64,000 nucleotides of DNA from the human T2T-CHM13v2.0 reference genome, Homo sapiens: the NCBI RefSeq assembly GCF_009914755.1, contig NC_060933.1. One strand, given 5' to 3'. Under the pieces are notes generated by a model. The model was given only the letters and a program-made list of their open reading frames with translations. It searched no databases and was not told the DNA's origin. A program made the translations under genes and the position numbers. Within the stretch, counting starts at the first letter, position 1. Every line of letters starts with the position of its first letter. Of this stretch, positions 27,078-41,169 are shown piece after piece.

Positions 27078-27131
27078 AAACAGCAGCTATGAAGCCTTGA
27101 ATTTTGAAAAAAAGACAAGAAGGTGCAAAAG
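27078..27131 (+). pseudogene. ANKRD19P: ANKRD19P exon 7 (54 nt) with second in-frame stop
   Basis: gacag|aa; (E)TAAMKP*ILKKRQEGAK versus recalled ANKRD18A ETAAMKPANLKKRKERAK; aaag|gtaag. Confidence 0.75.
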
Positions 27132-27324
27132 GTAAGACATTTGAGTGTTTCTACTCTTAACCACGTGAAGAGGCTGGGAGACAAGGGAAGCTTCAGCCAT
27201 AGTTAATGCTATAGATTCCTTGTCACAAATCCATGGAGTACATGAGTCTATTACAAAGTTTTCACCCATCCATGATAAAATAAAATGATGGCGCTCCAGT
27301 TTGTTCATTTGAAAATATTGGTAT

Positions 27325-27610
27325 TGCCGGGGATGGTGGTTCCTGCCTGTAATCTCGTCAGTGTTGGAGGCTGAGATAGAAGCATCCCTTGAGTCTAGGA
27401 GGTCCAGCAGCCTGGGCAACATCACCAGACCCCGTGTCTATTTTTTCAAACACTGTAGCTGGGTGTGGTGTTCTGCACCTGTGATCCCAGCTACTTGGGA
27501 GGCTGAAGCAGGAGAATTACTTGAGCCTAGAAGTTTGAGCCTGCAGTTAGCTATGATAGCAACATTACAGTGTGGCCTGGGTGGCAGAGTGAGAACCCAT
27601 CTCTAAGAAA
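27325..27610 (+). mobile_element. AluJ
   Basis: Diverged Alu dimer. Confidence 0.8.
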
Positions 27611-27879
27611 AATCAAGTCAAATAAGACAAGATACAATAAAATAAAATGTTGGTTTTTTTCTTGGAATTATGCTTTTCTAATTTGTTTTGCTTTTTTTTA
27701 TAAACTTAAGAAATGACAATAATAGTTGGTTTATATAAGGCTTTCAGAAACTGGCTTCTGCCCAAATCTCCATCTGCAGCCCTTTCTCTGTCTGCTCCTT
27801 TTTCTGGCATTACTGAGCTGCTGGTGATGCCCCATCATCATCCCTCTCAAGTAGACAAATACATACACTCTGGGAAGGT

Positions 27880-28210
27880 CAATTAGGTAATAGCACTAAA
27901 TCAATGTTAATCCCTGCTTTCATAATTTTACATGGTTATATAGGAGAATGTCTTCATTATTAGAAAATACGAAAGGAAGAATCTGAGGTCAAGGAGAATA
28001 ACGTTTGCAACTCACCCTCAAAGGCTCAGAAAAAAGTAATGTGTGTTTGAGTGTGTGTAAATGCACTTATGTTAATGGGCAGAGAGTGGAAGCAAATGTA
28101 GTAAAAATGTTAACATTTGGGGAATCTGTGTGAAGGATATATGGGAATTTTGTAATGTTCTCATAAATTTAAGACTGAAATTATGTCAGAATACAAATTT
28201 AAAAGAAAAA
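27880..28210 (+). mobile_element. Old L1M (MC/MD-like) 3' end
   Basis: 'gcaaatgtagtaaaaatgttaacatttggggaatctgtgtgaaggatatatgggaatt' motif. Confidence 0.6.
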
Positions 28211-29129
28211 ATGCACAGTTAAGTAAATCACAACAAAAATCAATAGATAAATGACAGATTCATAAGAAATATGTGTAAGGCACATGACAAAGGGATTATT
28301 TCATAAATATATGAAATCAACAAAGAAAAGATAGAACAGTAAAGCAATAGGAAAAGAAAACAAGAAGACAATTCACCATAAACAAAAATGGCTTCTAAAG
28401 CACTCACGCAGAAAACTCTACCACAACCATATTAGAATATAGTTAAATATATGTATATATAATTAGTCTTTTCAGTTATCCAGCTGCCAGAAAAGTAAGA
28501 GCCCTTTAATGTCTTTGATGTATAAAATTAAAATTTCTCCAATGCAAAAATCCCGGTTATAAATACTATGCACTTTGAAATGTAAGAATACTAGCTAAAA
28601 ATAAATGGCCATCAGTAGGGGCTTGGGTAAATGATGGCACATCCATTATCAATTCATATAATATATCTACAAATAACACTTACAAAATAAGTGACACAGA
28701 TATATGTGTACTAATATAGACTAGTTACCAAGGTATGCTAGGTGAAAAAACAAAGATGTATGTGTGTAAATATATATCTACACAACTTCCCATGCCTATT
28801 TTCTGCTAATTTTTGAAAGCTTATAATTGACAGAGGAATGTGGGAACTGTCAGATAGTGGTGATAGAAAGATAGCATTTACTGCATATTTCTTTGTAATG
28901 CTTTAAATATTTTAATCAAGCATATATATTATCAATAAAAGATGAACCAAACTTTTCACAAAATTTAATGCCTATTTTAAAACCTCCTGTTAACATAGTC
29001 TACTTTTAATTATTTACTCTCAATATTTATATTAATACTTGTACCTTTCATAGTACTTTATATACCATATTTTCCAATATTGAGTTAAATAGTTACAGTT
29101 CCAATGGGATACTCTAATTACTGATTTAA

Positions 29130-29425
29130 AAAAAATAAAAAACAGGATCTCACTCTGTCACCCAGGCTAGAATGCAGTGGTGTGATTACAGCTCACCACA
29201 ACCTTGAACTCCTTGGCTCAAGCAATACTCCCACCTCAGCCTCCTGAGTAGCTGGGACTACAGGTGTGTGCCACCCACACCTGCCTAATTCTTTAAAAAA
29301 ATGTTTTTGTGATGACAGGGTCTCCCTATGTTGCCCAGGCAGGTCTTGAACTCCTGTCCTCAAGCAATCCTGCCATGTTGGCCTCTCAGAGCATTGGGAG
29401 TACAGGCATGAGTCACTGCAGCTAG
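29130..29425 (-). mobile_element. AluJ
   Basis: Reverse diverged Alu. Confidence 0.82.
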
Positions 29426-30598
29426 CTCCTAATTAGTGATCTTAATTATCTTCATTATTTCCATGTAAAATATGTGCTCTTGTGATGAAGGGATTCAAGA
29501 CGTCTGACTAGAGGCATCTAGCATTTGCCTCCTCCACAAAGAAGAACCAAAATAGTGAGTGATCACACTTCTAATAGATAATCTAAAAAAGAATACTGGA
29601 ATTCAACAGAGAAGTAACAGGAAACACCTAACGCAAGGAAAGAGAGGGAAGAGAGGCAGCCTGCCTGGCTAGGGTTGGCTGGGAACCTCAAAGAGGCTCC
29701 ACAATGTGGGAAAAAGGTAAGTAAGAGACCCCCATTGGTCTACACTCCCACCACAAACTCCTGCAATTCTAGCCACAGGAGAGCACCTTGACACTCGTGG
29801 GCCCTAAGACTTACACAGGGAGCTGCCTGGAAACTGTGTGATGGCATTGCTCCAGAGAGGGAGCCTATGCTGCATTGCATACATCTCCTGAGCTCTAAGG
29901 AGCCATTTTGAGAGTCCAGCCATCACCAGACTGCATCCTGCTCTGGAGCCCAGCAGTCCCTACATTTTCACATCTCTAGAGATCTATTGACTTCCCATAT
30001 CTACAGCCATTACTACTGCTGGCTACTGCCATCAGAGCTGAAGTGCGAGCCACTGGCAGCAATCCTGACACTCCCAAGCAGCAGGACCACCACACATTTA
30101 CAAGTGCCCTGCTGGCTACCCCACCTGCAGCCACCACCTAGAGCTGACACATACGTCCCCCAGCCACCTGCTTACAGTTGCTGCCACTGAAAAGAAATGA
30201 GGAAGTCAAATTGTCCTTTTTTGCAGATAATATGATCTTATATTTAGAAAAATCTAAAGACTTCACCAAAAATCTCCCATCAGTAAATTTAGTAAAGTTG
30301 CAGGAGACAAAATTAACATACAAAAACCAGTTGCCTTTCTATACACCAATAATGAAATAGATGAGAAATAAATCAAGAAGCCAATCCCATTTCAAATAGC
30401 TACAAAAAACGAAATACCTAGGAATAAGTTTAACCAACAAGGTTAAAGACTCTACAAGGAAAACTACAAGACACTGATGAAATAAATTGAAGGGACACAA
30501 ACAAGTGGAAAGACATCCCATGCTCATGGATTGGAAGAACTAATATTATTACAATGACTGTACTGCCCAAAGCAATCTACAAATTCAATGCAATTTCT

Positions 30599-32882
30599 TT
30601 TCTTTTTTTTTTTAATTATTATTATTATTTTTTTTAATTGATCATTCTTGGGTGTTTCTCGCAGAGGGGGATTTGGCAGGGTCACAGGACAATAGTGGAG
30701 GGAAGGTCAGCAGATAAACAAGTGAACAAAGGTCTCTGGTTTTCCTAGGCAGAGGACCCTGCGGCCTTCCGCAGTGTTTGTGTCCCTGGGTACTTGAGAT
30801 TAGGGAGTGGTGATGACTCTTAAGGAGCATGCTGCCTTCAAGCATCTGTTTAACAAAGCACATCTTGCACCGCCCTTAATCCATTCAACCCTGAGTGGAT
30901 ACAGCACATGTTTCAGAGAGCACAGGGTTGGGGGTAAGGTCACCGATCAACAGGATCCCAAGGCAGAAGAATTTTTCTTAGTACAGAACAAAATGAAAAG
31001 TCTCCCATGTCTACCTCTTTCTACACAGACACGGCAACCATCCGATTTCTCAATCTTTTCCCCGCCTTTCCCCGCTTTCTATTCCACAAAACCGCCATTG
31101 TCATCATGGCCCGTTCTCAATGAGCTGTTGGGTACACCTCCCAGACGGGGTGGTGGCCAGGCAGAGGGGCTCCTCACTTCCCAGTAGGCGCGGCCGGGCA
31201 GAGGCGCCCCTCACCTCCCAGACGGGGCGGCTGGCCGGACGGGGGGCTGACCCCCCCCACCTCCCTCCTGGACGGGGCGGCTGGCCGGGCAGAGGGGCTC
31301 CTCACTTCCCAGTAGGGGCGGCCGGGCAGAGGCGCCCCTCACCTCCCGGACGGGGCGGCTGGCTGGGCGGGGGGCTGACCCCCCCACCTCCCTCCCGGAC
31401 GGGCGGCTGGCCGGGCAGAGGCGCCCCTCACCTCCCGGACGGGGCGGCTGGCCAGGCGGGGGGCTGACCCCCCCACCTCCCTCCCGGATGGGGCGGCTGG
31501 CCGGGCCGGGGGGCTGACCCCCCCACCTCCCTCCCGGACGGGCAGCTGGCCGGGCAGAGGCGCCCCTCACCTCCCGGACGGGGTGGCTGGCCAGGCGGGG
31601 GGGCTGACCCCCCCACCTCCCTCCCGGACGGGGCGGCTGGCCGGGCGGGGGGCTGACCCCCCCACCTCCCTCCCGGACGGGGCGGCTGGCCGGGCAGAGG
31701 GGCTCCTCAGTTCCCAGTAGGGGCGGCCGGGCAGAGGCACCCCTCAACTGCCGGACAGGGCGGCTGGCCGGGCGGGGGGCTGACCCCCCCACCTCCCTCC
31801 CGGACGGGGCGGCTGGCCGGGCAGAGGGGCTCCTCAGTTCCCAGTAGGGGCGGCCGGGCAGAGGCACCCCTCAACTGCCGGACGGGGCGGCTGGCCGGGC
31901 GGGGGGCTGATCCCCCCACCTCCCTCGCGGATGGGGCGGCTGGCCGGGCCAGGGGCTGATCCCCCCACCTCCCTCCCGGACGGGGTGGCTGGCCGGGCGG
32001 GGGGCTGACCCCCCCACCTCCCTCCCGGACGAGGTGGCTGCCGGGCGGAGACGCTCCTCACTTCCCAGACGGGGTGGCTGCTGGGCGGAGGGGCTCCTCA
32101 CTTCTCAGACGGGGCGGCTGCCGGGCGGAGGGGCTCCTCACTTCTCAGACGGGGCGGTTGCCAGGCAGAGGGTCTCCTCACTTCTCAGACGGGGCGTCTG
32201 GGCAGAGACGCTCCTCACATCCCGGACGGGGCGGCAGGGCAGAGGTGCTCCCCACATCTCAGACGATGGGCGGCCGGGCAGAGACGCTCCTCACTTCCCA
32301 GATGTGATGGCGGCTGGGAAGAGGCGCTCCTCACTTCCTAGATGGGATGGCGGCCGGGCAGAGACGCTCCTCACTTTCCAGACTGGGCAGCCAGGCAGAG
32401 GGGCTCCTCACATCCCAGACGGTGGGCAGCCAGGCGGAGACGCACCTCACTTCCCAGACGGGGTGGCGGCCGGGCAGAGGCTGCAATCTCGGCACTTTGG
32501 GAGGCCAAGGCAGGCTGCTGGGAGGTGGAGGTTGTAGCGAGCCGAGATCACGCCACTGCACTCCAGCCTGGGCGCCATTGAGCACTGAGTGAACGAGACT
32601 CCGTCTGCAATCCCGGCACCTCGGGAGGCCGAGGCTGGCGGATCACTGGCGGTTAGGAGCTGGAGACCAGCCCGGCCAACACAGCGAATCCCCGTCTCCA
32701 CCAAAAAAATATGAAAACCAGTCAGGCGTGGCGGCGCGCGCCTGCAATCGCAGGCACTCGGCAAGCTGAGGCAGGAGAATCAGGCAGGGAGGTTGCAGTG
32801 AGCCAAGATGGCAGCAGTACCGTCCAGTTTCGGCTCGGCATCAGAGGGAGACCGTGGAAAGAGAGGGAGAGGGAGAGGGAGC
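30599..32882 (-). mobile_element. Full-length SVA (D-F-like)
   Basis: Poly-T, SINE-R (~30640-31130), GC VNTR, Alu-like part, (gggaga)n hexamer end; TSD tcaatgcaatttct at 30585-30598 and 32883-32896. Confidence 0.97.
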
Positions 32883-33579
32883 TCAATGCAATTTCTATAA
32901 AAATATTAATGTCTTTTTTTCACCAAAATAGAAAAATTACTAAAATTTATATGAAACCAATAAAAAGCCCAAATAGCCAAAGCAATTTTGTGCAAAAAGA
33001 ACAAAGCTGGAGGCATCACACTACTTACCTTCAAAGCATTACAATGCTGTAGTAACCAAAATAGCATGGTATTGATACAAAAGCAGACACAAAGATCAAT
33101 GGAATAGAATAGAAGAACCCAGAAATAAATCCTCATATTCATAGCCAACTGATTTTCAAGAAACGCTCCAAGAACATACATGGGGGAAAGGAGAGTATCT
33201 TCAAAAACTGAATAACTATATGGAGAAGAATGAAACTAGACCCTATCTCTCACCATACACAAAAATCAAATCAAAATGGATTAAAGACTTAAGGGGGTCT
33301 AAGAACTGAAACTGTAAAACTACTAGAAAAAACGTAGGAGAAAAACTTCAGGACATTGGCCTAGGCAAATACTTAATGGCAAAGACTTCAAAGTACAGGC
33401 AACGAAAACAAAAATAGACAAATGTGATTATATTAAACTAAAACCTTCTCCACAGCAAAGAAAACAATCAACAGAGTAAAGAGACAACCAGTTGAATGGG
33501 AGAAAATATTTGCAAACTATTTATCTCATAAGAGACTAATATCCAGAATATACAATGAACTGAAACAGCTCAACAGTAA

Positions 33580-33991
<412 letters not shown>

Positions 33992-34139
33992 TCATCTTAC
34001 CCCAATCAGAATGGCTATTATTAAAAAGACAAAAAATAGCAGATGTGGCAAGGATGTGGAGAAAAAGAATAGTACAGCCACTGTGGAAAACGGTATGATT
34101 TCTAAAGCAAACTGAAATAGAATTACCATTCGGTCCTGC

Positions 34140-34609
34140 TGTAGGGGTTTAGTCAGGATGGTGGGGAAAATTATAAGCCACAAACCTTCTTGGAAGGCCT
34201 GAAGGGTTTTGCAAAAGTCTCAGGATAAGGTTATGTCTGAAGGCAACCTAATCCATACCTTGAGTAAATAGCTTAAAGTGGGTACAAAGGAAGGTAGAGT
34301 AGTTTACCTGACTAGTTTGTTTACTCATGTGGTCCTAAGACTAACCTTTGATCTACCACAGGTGCTTAATTGCTTTCTACTCAGGAAGTCCGGGAAGTCT
34401 GCAATGTCAATTACCCTCTAGTTGTGTTTACTCACAACCTTTGTCAATTAATCTTTACTGAATAAATGCAAGTCTTGCTGACTGATCAAGGCCGTGGCTG
34501 TGACTAAGTGGCCTGGACGCTAGGCTGGACTGGCAAAGCAGAACATCTGTGTGTCAGTGTACTTTATTCATCCGTCGTTGGGTCAGGGTCTGGAGGACAG
34601 ACTCCCACA
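34140..34609 (+). mobile_element. Solo LTR, LTR22-family (HERV-K HML-5)
   Basis: TG...CA ends, internal AATAAA, 6-bp TSD tcctgc at 34134-34139 and 34610-34615; ends resemble recalled LTR22. Confidence 0.8.
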
Positions 34610-35437
34610 TCCTGCAGTTTCACTAATGGGGTTTTATTCAAAGGAAAAGAAATCAGCATATCAAAAGTATACCTGCATCCTCATGTTTATTGCAGCACTA
34701 CTCACAGTAGCAAAGTTATGGAATCAACCTAAGTGTCCATTAATGGATAAATGGATAAAGAAAATGTATATATTCACAATGAAATACTATTTGGCCATAA
34801 GAAAGAATGAAATCATGCCATTTGCAGCAACATGGATGGAACTAGAGGTCATTATGTTAAGAAAAATGAGCCAGACACAGAAAGACAAATATCACATATA
34901 CTCACTCATATGTAGGAGCTAAAAAAAGTTGATCTCATGAGGTAGAGAGTGAATTGTAGATACTAGAGGCTGGGAAGGGCATGTGGGTTGGGGGAGGTAC
35001 GAAGGGAGGTTGTTTAATGAGTGCAAACATATAGTTAAAAGGAATAAGTTCTAACGTTCAATAGCAGAGTAGAGTGACTATATTTAACAACAATTTATTG
35101 CATATTTCAAAATTGCTAGAAGAGAACATGTATTAATATGTTCCCAATACATAGAAATGATAAATACTCAAGGTGAGGGATTCCCTAAATACCCTGACTT
35201 TATCATTACACAGTCTATGTATTTAACAAAGTATCACATGTACCCCATAAATATGTACAAATGTCATTCATCAATTTAAAAAAATTCAAAAAAAAATTGC
35301 TGTTGCATTTAGTTAAATAATTATATTTAGGTAACCTTCTACCAGGCCTATTTTATTAAAAATGCTGAATTAATAAAATACCTTTCAGTGATTACTGCTA
35401 TAAATATATTACCTTCTCTTTTAATTTATAGTAGTAA

Positions 35438-35756
<319 letters not shown>

Positions 35757-36089
35757 AACCTCAATTTCTTGATAGTCTATCACTTTTGAATTTTAGAATT
35801 AAAATCATTACTAATTTTCAAATATACTTCAATATTCTATTCACCACAATGTTATTTAGAATTTTTGCATCTGTGGGTATAAATGACCTGAGTCAATAAT
35901 TTCTTGGTTTTTTTTTTTTCCTGTACTTACTATGATGGTCTAAGAGTGATGATGTATTTTAAAGTTGCAATGAAGCAATTACAAGAAATAAAATATTGGT
36001 ATATACTTCTCTATAACTTGAAATGATTTCAATTAATAAAATGATCTGATCTTTAAACATGAACTATATTCAGATATGGATCTATCTTC

Positions 36090-37130
36090 TGTATTTTAAA
36101 AAATCAACTTTAGCAAGATATTATTTACATACAATAATTGTATCTATTCAGTGTTCATTTTGACAGTGTGTGCACCCATGAAACCACCAACACAATAAAA
36201 ATACAGAACATTTTTATCAACTCTAAAAGATTCCTTGTGCCCCTTTGCTGGCCATCCCTGTCTCTGGCCTAGCTTCAGGCAACTGCTAATCTGAATTTTG
36301 TTACTTCACTATTAGTTTGCATTTCTAGAATTTTATATGAATACAACCATATGGTACATAATACTCTTTCATGTCTGGCATCTTTTACTCAAAATGACTG
36401 AAATTCATCCATGTTGTCACATGTATCATTAGTCTGTTCCTTTTTATTGCTGAGTAGTTTTCTAGTTATGGATACACCACATTATATCTATTCACTTTGA
36501 TGATAAACATGTAGGTTGCTTCCAGTTTGAGGCTATTGTGAATAAAAGTCTTGTCAACATTCATGTACAAGTCTTTGTTTGGACATAAGTTTTCATTTCA
36601 CCTGGGTTAAATACTGGAGTGGAATGGCTGGGTTGTATGGTAGCTATGTGTTTAACTTTTTAAGAATTTGCCAAAGTATTTTACAAAGTCTTTGTGCCAT
36701 TTTACATCCCTACCTGCCACGCATGAGTTCCAGTTGCTCAACATCTTCCAACACTTGGTACTGTTGATCATTTTAATTTCATTAATTTTAATGAGTGTGT
36801 AAAAGTGTCTCATTATGGTTTTGATTTGTATTTCCCTGGTGGCTTATGTTGAAATCCTTTCTTGTCCCCATTGACCATTTCATATCTTATTTTATGAATT
36901 ATCTCTATTGAAGTATATTGTCATTTTTATTGAGTTGTCCTTTTACAATTGGGTTATAAATTTCTTTACATTTTCAGGAAACAAATCTTTTGTCAGAAAT
37001 TTATTGCAACTATTTCTTCCCCTTCTGAGTCTTTCCTTCTCACCTTCTTAAGTGCTTTCAAAGGACAAGAGTTTTTAATTTTGAAAATTCAAAGTTATGA
37101 TTTCTGTTTTTATAGTTCATTATTTATGTG
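36090..37130 (-). mobile_element. Old L1M 3' region (host of the EEF1D retrocopy)
   Basis: Reverse L1MB/MC-like motifs 'ttccagtttgaggctattgtgaataaaa', 'ggagtggaatggctgggttgtatggtag'. Confidence 0.7.
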
Positions 37131-37146
37131 TACTAACTTAAAAATC

Positions 37147-38150
37147 TTTTTTTTTCTTTTTTTTCTTTTTTTTTGCCGGTCTCAGTCTTTAATCCTGGCA
37201 GGGATTCACGGGCGCACACACACACACTCAGGATTCAGATCTTGTTGAAAGCTGCGATATCGACACTCTGCACGTGCTCCTCAAACTTGGTGATCTCCTC
37301 CAGCAAGTCTGTCCCCACCTTGTCGTCCTCCACCACACACTGAATCTGTAGCTTCCGGATACCGTAGCCCATGGGCACCAGCTTGGAGGCCCCCTAGACC
37401 AGCTCTTCCAGCTGGATGGAGCACACACAGGCCTCCAGCTGGGCCATGTCAGTCTCATCGTCCCAAGGCTTGAAATCCAGCAGGATGGAGGACTTGGCCA
37501 CCAGTTCAGGCTTCTTGGCCTTCTTCTCCGCGTACTGCTGCAGCCGCTCCTCCTGCAGCTGTGCCGCCTTCTTGTCCTCCTCCTCATTGTCGCTGCCAAA
37601 CAGGTCAGTGTCATCATCGTCGTCATCCTCTGCTGGTGTGAATGGCTTCTTGGCCAGGGGCTCCACTTGGCGCATGGGAGACATGTGCTGGGTCTGTGGG
37701 GCCGTGGCCCGGTGGCCAGGCGAGTTCTTCTCCAGCACGTTCAGCCGGGCCTCCAGCTTGGAGATGACCTGCTGCAGCTCCTGTACCACACTGCGCAGGC
37801 TCTGGTTCTCCACTTTCAGACTGGTGATCCGGACGACGAGCTCGCTGTGGTCTCCGCTGGGGCCGCTGGAGGCCCCGGGGCCTGAGTTTCCGGCCAGGGA
37901 TTTCTGGATGTTCTCTCTGGCTCTCGCGATGTCACGGAGGATCACGCTGGCGTCGTTCTCTTGGCGGGAGGCACCGGCCACAGGCCCATTCATCTGCTCG
38001 TAGAATCTCCTTTCTGCGTCGTCATATTTGAACTTGTCGAACCAGATCTTCTCATGTACTAGGAAGTTTGTAGCCATTTTTCTGACGCCTGCCAAGGACG
38101 CGACGACCAGGGAGGAGGAATCGGCGGACGCGGGACACCTGAGGAAAGGG
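37147..38150 (-). pseudogene. EEF1DP2: EEF1D processed pseudogene, full length (short isoform)
   Basis: ATG 38077 to TGA 37235: [24 protein letters not shown]...AAFNKI; premature TAG at 37394-37396; ATTAAA, poly-A, ~20-bp TSD; P2 number recalled from locus. Confidence 0.93.
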
Positions 38151-38939
38151 TACTACCTTAAAAATCTTTTCCTATAGTCTTGGTAAATTTTAAATGATAG
38201 CTCTATAAATGATATTTATAAGTTATGGTTATTTTTTTTTTTAGTTTTTCATTAATTTTGATCAATTGTATCTTACTAGGAGATCACCCATTTACTGTAG
38301 GTAGTATTCTCTTCCTACTATATTTCATATCTACCTACTACATTTCATATCATTCCTACTACATTTCATATCTACCTACATTTACATGTAGGTAGATATG
38401 AAATGATTCAATATCCATGTCTCCTTTTACTCATTACAAATCTTACATAATTTTGCTCTCTCTTATCTCTTTACCTTACTCGGGTTTATGTGAGGTATTT
38501 AGTTTACTAAGGTTTTAAAATATTTTCATATTCATTTTAGTAGGAAAAGGACGGATTATTTTATAAATTTCATTGCCTGAATAAGTTTAGGTATGGTTTC
38601 GGGTACAATAAGAAAGAGATAAAATGGAATGCTTTATGCCAAACATGTTTATTTTTATCACACAGCTAAAGTCTGTAGTTAAGTTGCTGCTACTTTTGAG
38701 TCAATAACATCAAGACCAGTGTTGGTGAATCTTTTGGCCTTTCCCCAATGCTTGAAAGAAGATCACCACTGCTGGAGGCATAATGTACAAGGCAGGAAAA
38801 GGGATGGAATTGATGGTGACAGCTAAGTCTGTCTTTTTTCTTAGGAAATAAAGGTTTTCCTAGGATACATTTAAGTGTTTTGCTTCTCTTGGGCTGAGGC
38901 AGGTCATTTGGCCACTACCAGTTTCAGAAGATGATGATG

Positions 38940-39418
38940 TTACAGCACTATTCACAATAGCAAAGACATGGAATCAACCTAAATGCTCATCAATAGTAGA
39001 CTGCATAAAGAAAATGTGGTACATATACATCATGGAATACTATGCAGCCATTAAAAAGAATGAGATCATGTCCTTTGCAGGGATATGGATGGAGCTGAAG
39101 GCCATTATCCTTAGCAAACTAACGCAGGAACAGAAAACCAAACATCACATATTCTCACTTATAACCAAACACCACATGTTCTCACTTATAAATGGAAGCT
39201 AAGTGATGAGAACACATGGACACATACAGAGAAACAACACACACAGGGGCCTACTGGAGGGTGAAGAGTGGGAAGAAGGAGAGGATCAGGAAAAATAACT
39301 AATGGGTTCTGGGTGATGAAATAATATGTACAACAAGCCCCCATGATATGGGTTTACCTGTGTAACAAACCTGCACAGGTACTACTGAACTTAAAATAAA
39401 AGTTAAATTTAAAAAAAG
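38940..39418 (+). mobile_element. L1PA/PB 3' end
   Basis: MWYIYIMEYYAAIKKNEIMSFAG peptide and 3' UTR. Confidence 0.85.
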
Positions 39419-39426
39419 ATAAAGTA

Positions 39427-39798
<372 letters not shown>

Positions 39799-40163
39799 CT
39801 ATACAGAAGACCACTTTAAAATATTATATGTGAAGCTTAAGTTTTAAGATTAAAAATTCAGAAACTGTAAAAGAATACACATTTAAACATGTAGAAAATA
39901 AAATTATGTGAATGGGATAATATCACATGCAAAGTCGAGACAAGGAATGGATGTTTTTTAAAAAAGGAGTTACTCCCTTTAACATAAACAGCTGTTTTAA
40001 ATTAATAAGATAAACAATCCAAAAAGAGAAATGTATAAATAAATGCTTTATAAAGGCAATTTGCAGAATAGCAAATTCAAATGGCCAAGACACATTTGGA
40101 GTCATATTTATATACAAATTATAATTAGTTATCACTTGGAACTTGTAAAATTTCTCAAGGTTA

Positions 40164-40484
<321 letters not shown>

Positions 40485-40778
40485 CTACTTGTAGTGCGGG
40501 AGAGGTATATTTATACACTAATATTGGAAACATAAAAAGCTACAGTCTTAGGACAAAGAAATCTGGCAACATCTGTTAAAATAAAATAACACATACCATT
40601 TGATCAGTCCCACTCCTACAAGCATATGCTACAGAAAAAAATAATCTCTAGTACTTAAGGGCATGATTGTCCTTGTCCAATTGATTATCTGTTGACAGAC
40701 TGTTGGAGTGGTTGGAATTGCTATGAATGGAAGTTCAAAAATCAAGAAGACATAAAATACATTATAAAAGTTACAGTT

Positions 40779-41083
40779 AGGCCAGGTGTGGTGGCTCATG
40801 CCTATAATCTCAGCAATTTGGGAGGCTGAGGCAGGAGGACTGCTTGAGGCCAGGAGTTTGAGACTGACCTGGGAAAAATAGCAAGACCCTGTCTCTAAAA
40901 AACTAAAAAAATTAGCAGGTGTGGTGGCGTGTGCCTGTAGTCCCAGCTACTCTATAGGCTAGGACAGGAGGATCACTTGAGCCCAGGGGTCGAGGCTGCA
41001 GTGAGCCAGGATTGTGCCACTGGACTCCCATCTGGGTGCCTGGGCGACAGATTGAAATCCTGTCTCTAAAGTAAATAAATAAA
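40779..41083 (+). mobile_element. AluJ
   Basis: Diverged dimer with (taaa)n tail. Confidence 0.85.
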
Positions 41084-41169
41084 GTCACATTTATGCCAAG
41101 TTATATATGTATGCATGTGTGTGTGTACGTAAATATTTATTTTAATAGAAAGGAAAGTGTTGGATGGTC

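Noticed and set aside
31120-32764. Gly/Pro/Arg-rich ORFs and a regularly spaced repeat pattern
   Set aside because: SVA VNTR; not CRISPR (no unique spacers, eukaryotic context) and not coding
37416-38003. 195-aa plus-strand ORF
   Set aside because: Antisense frame of the EEF1D retrocopy
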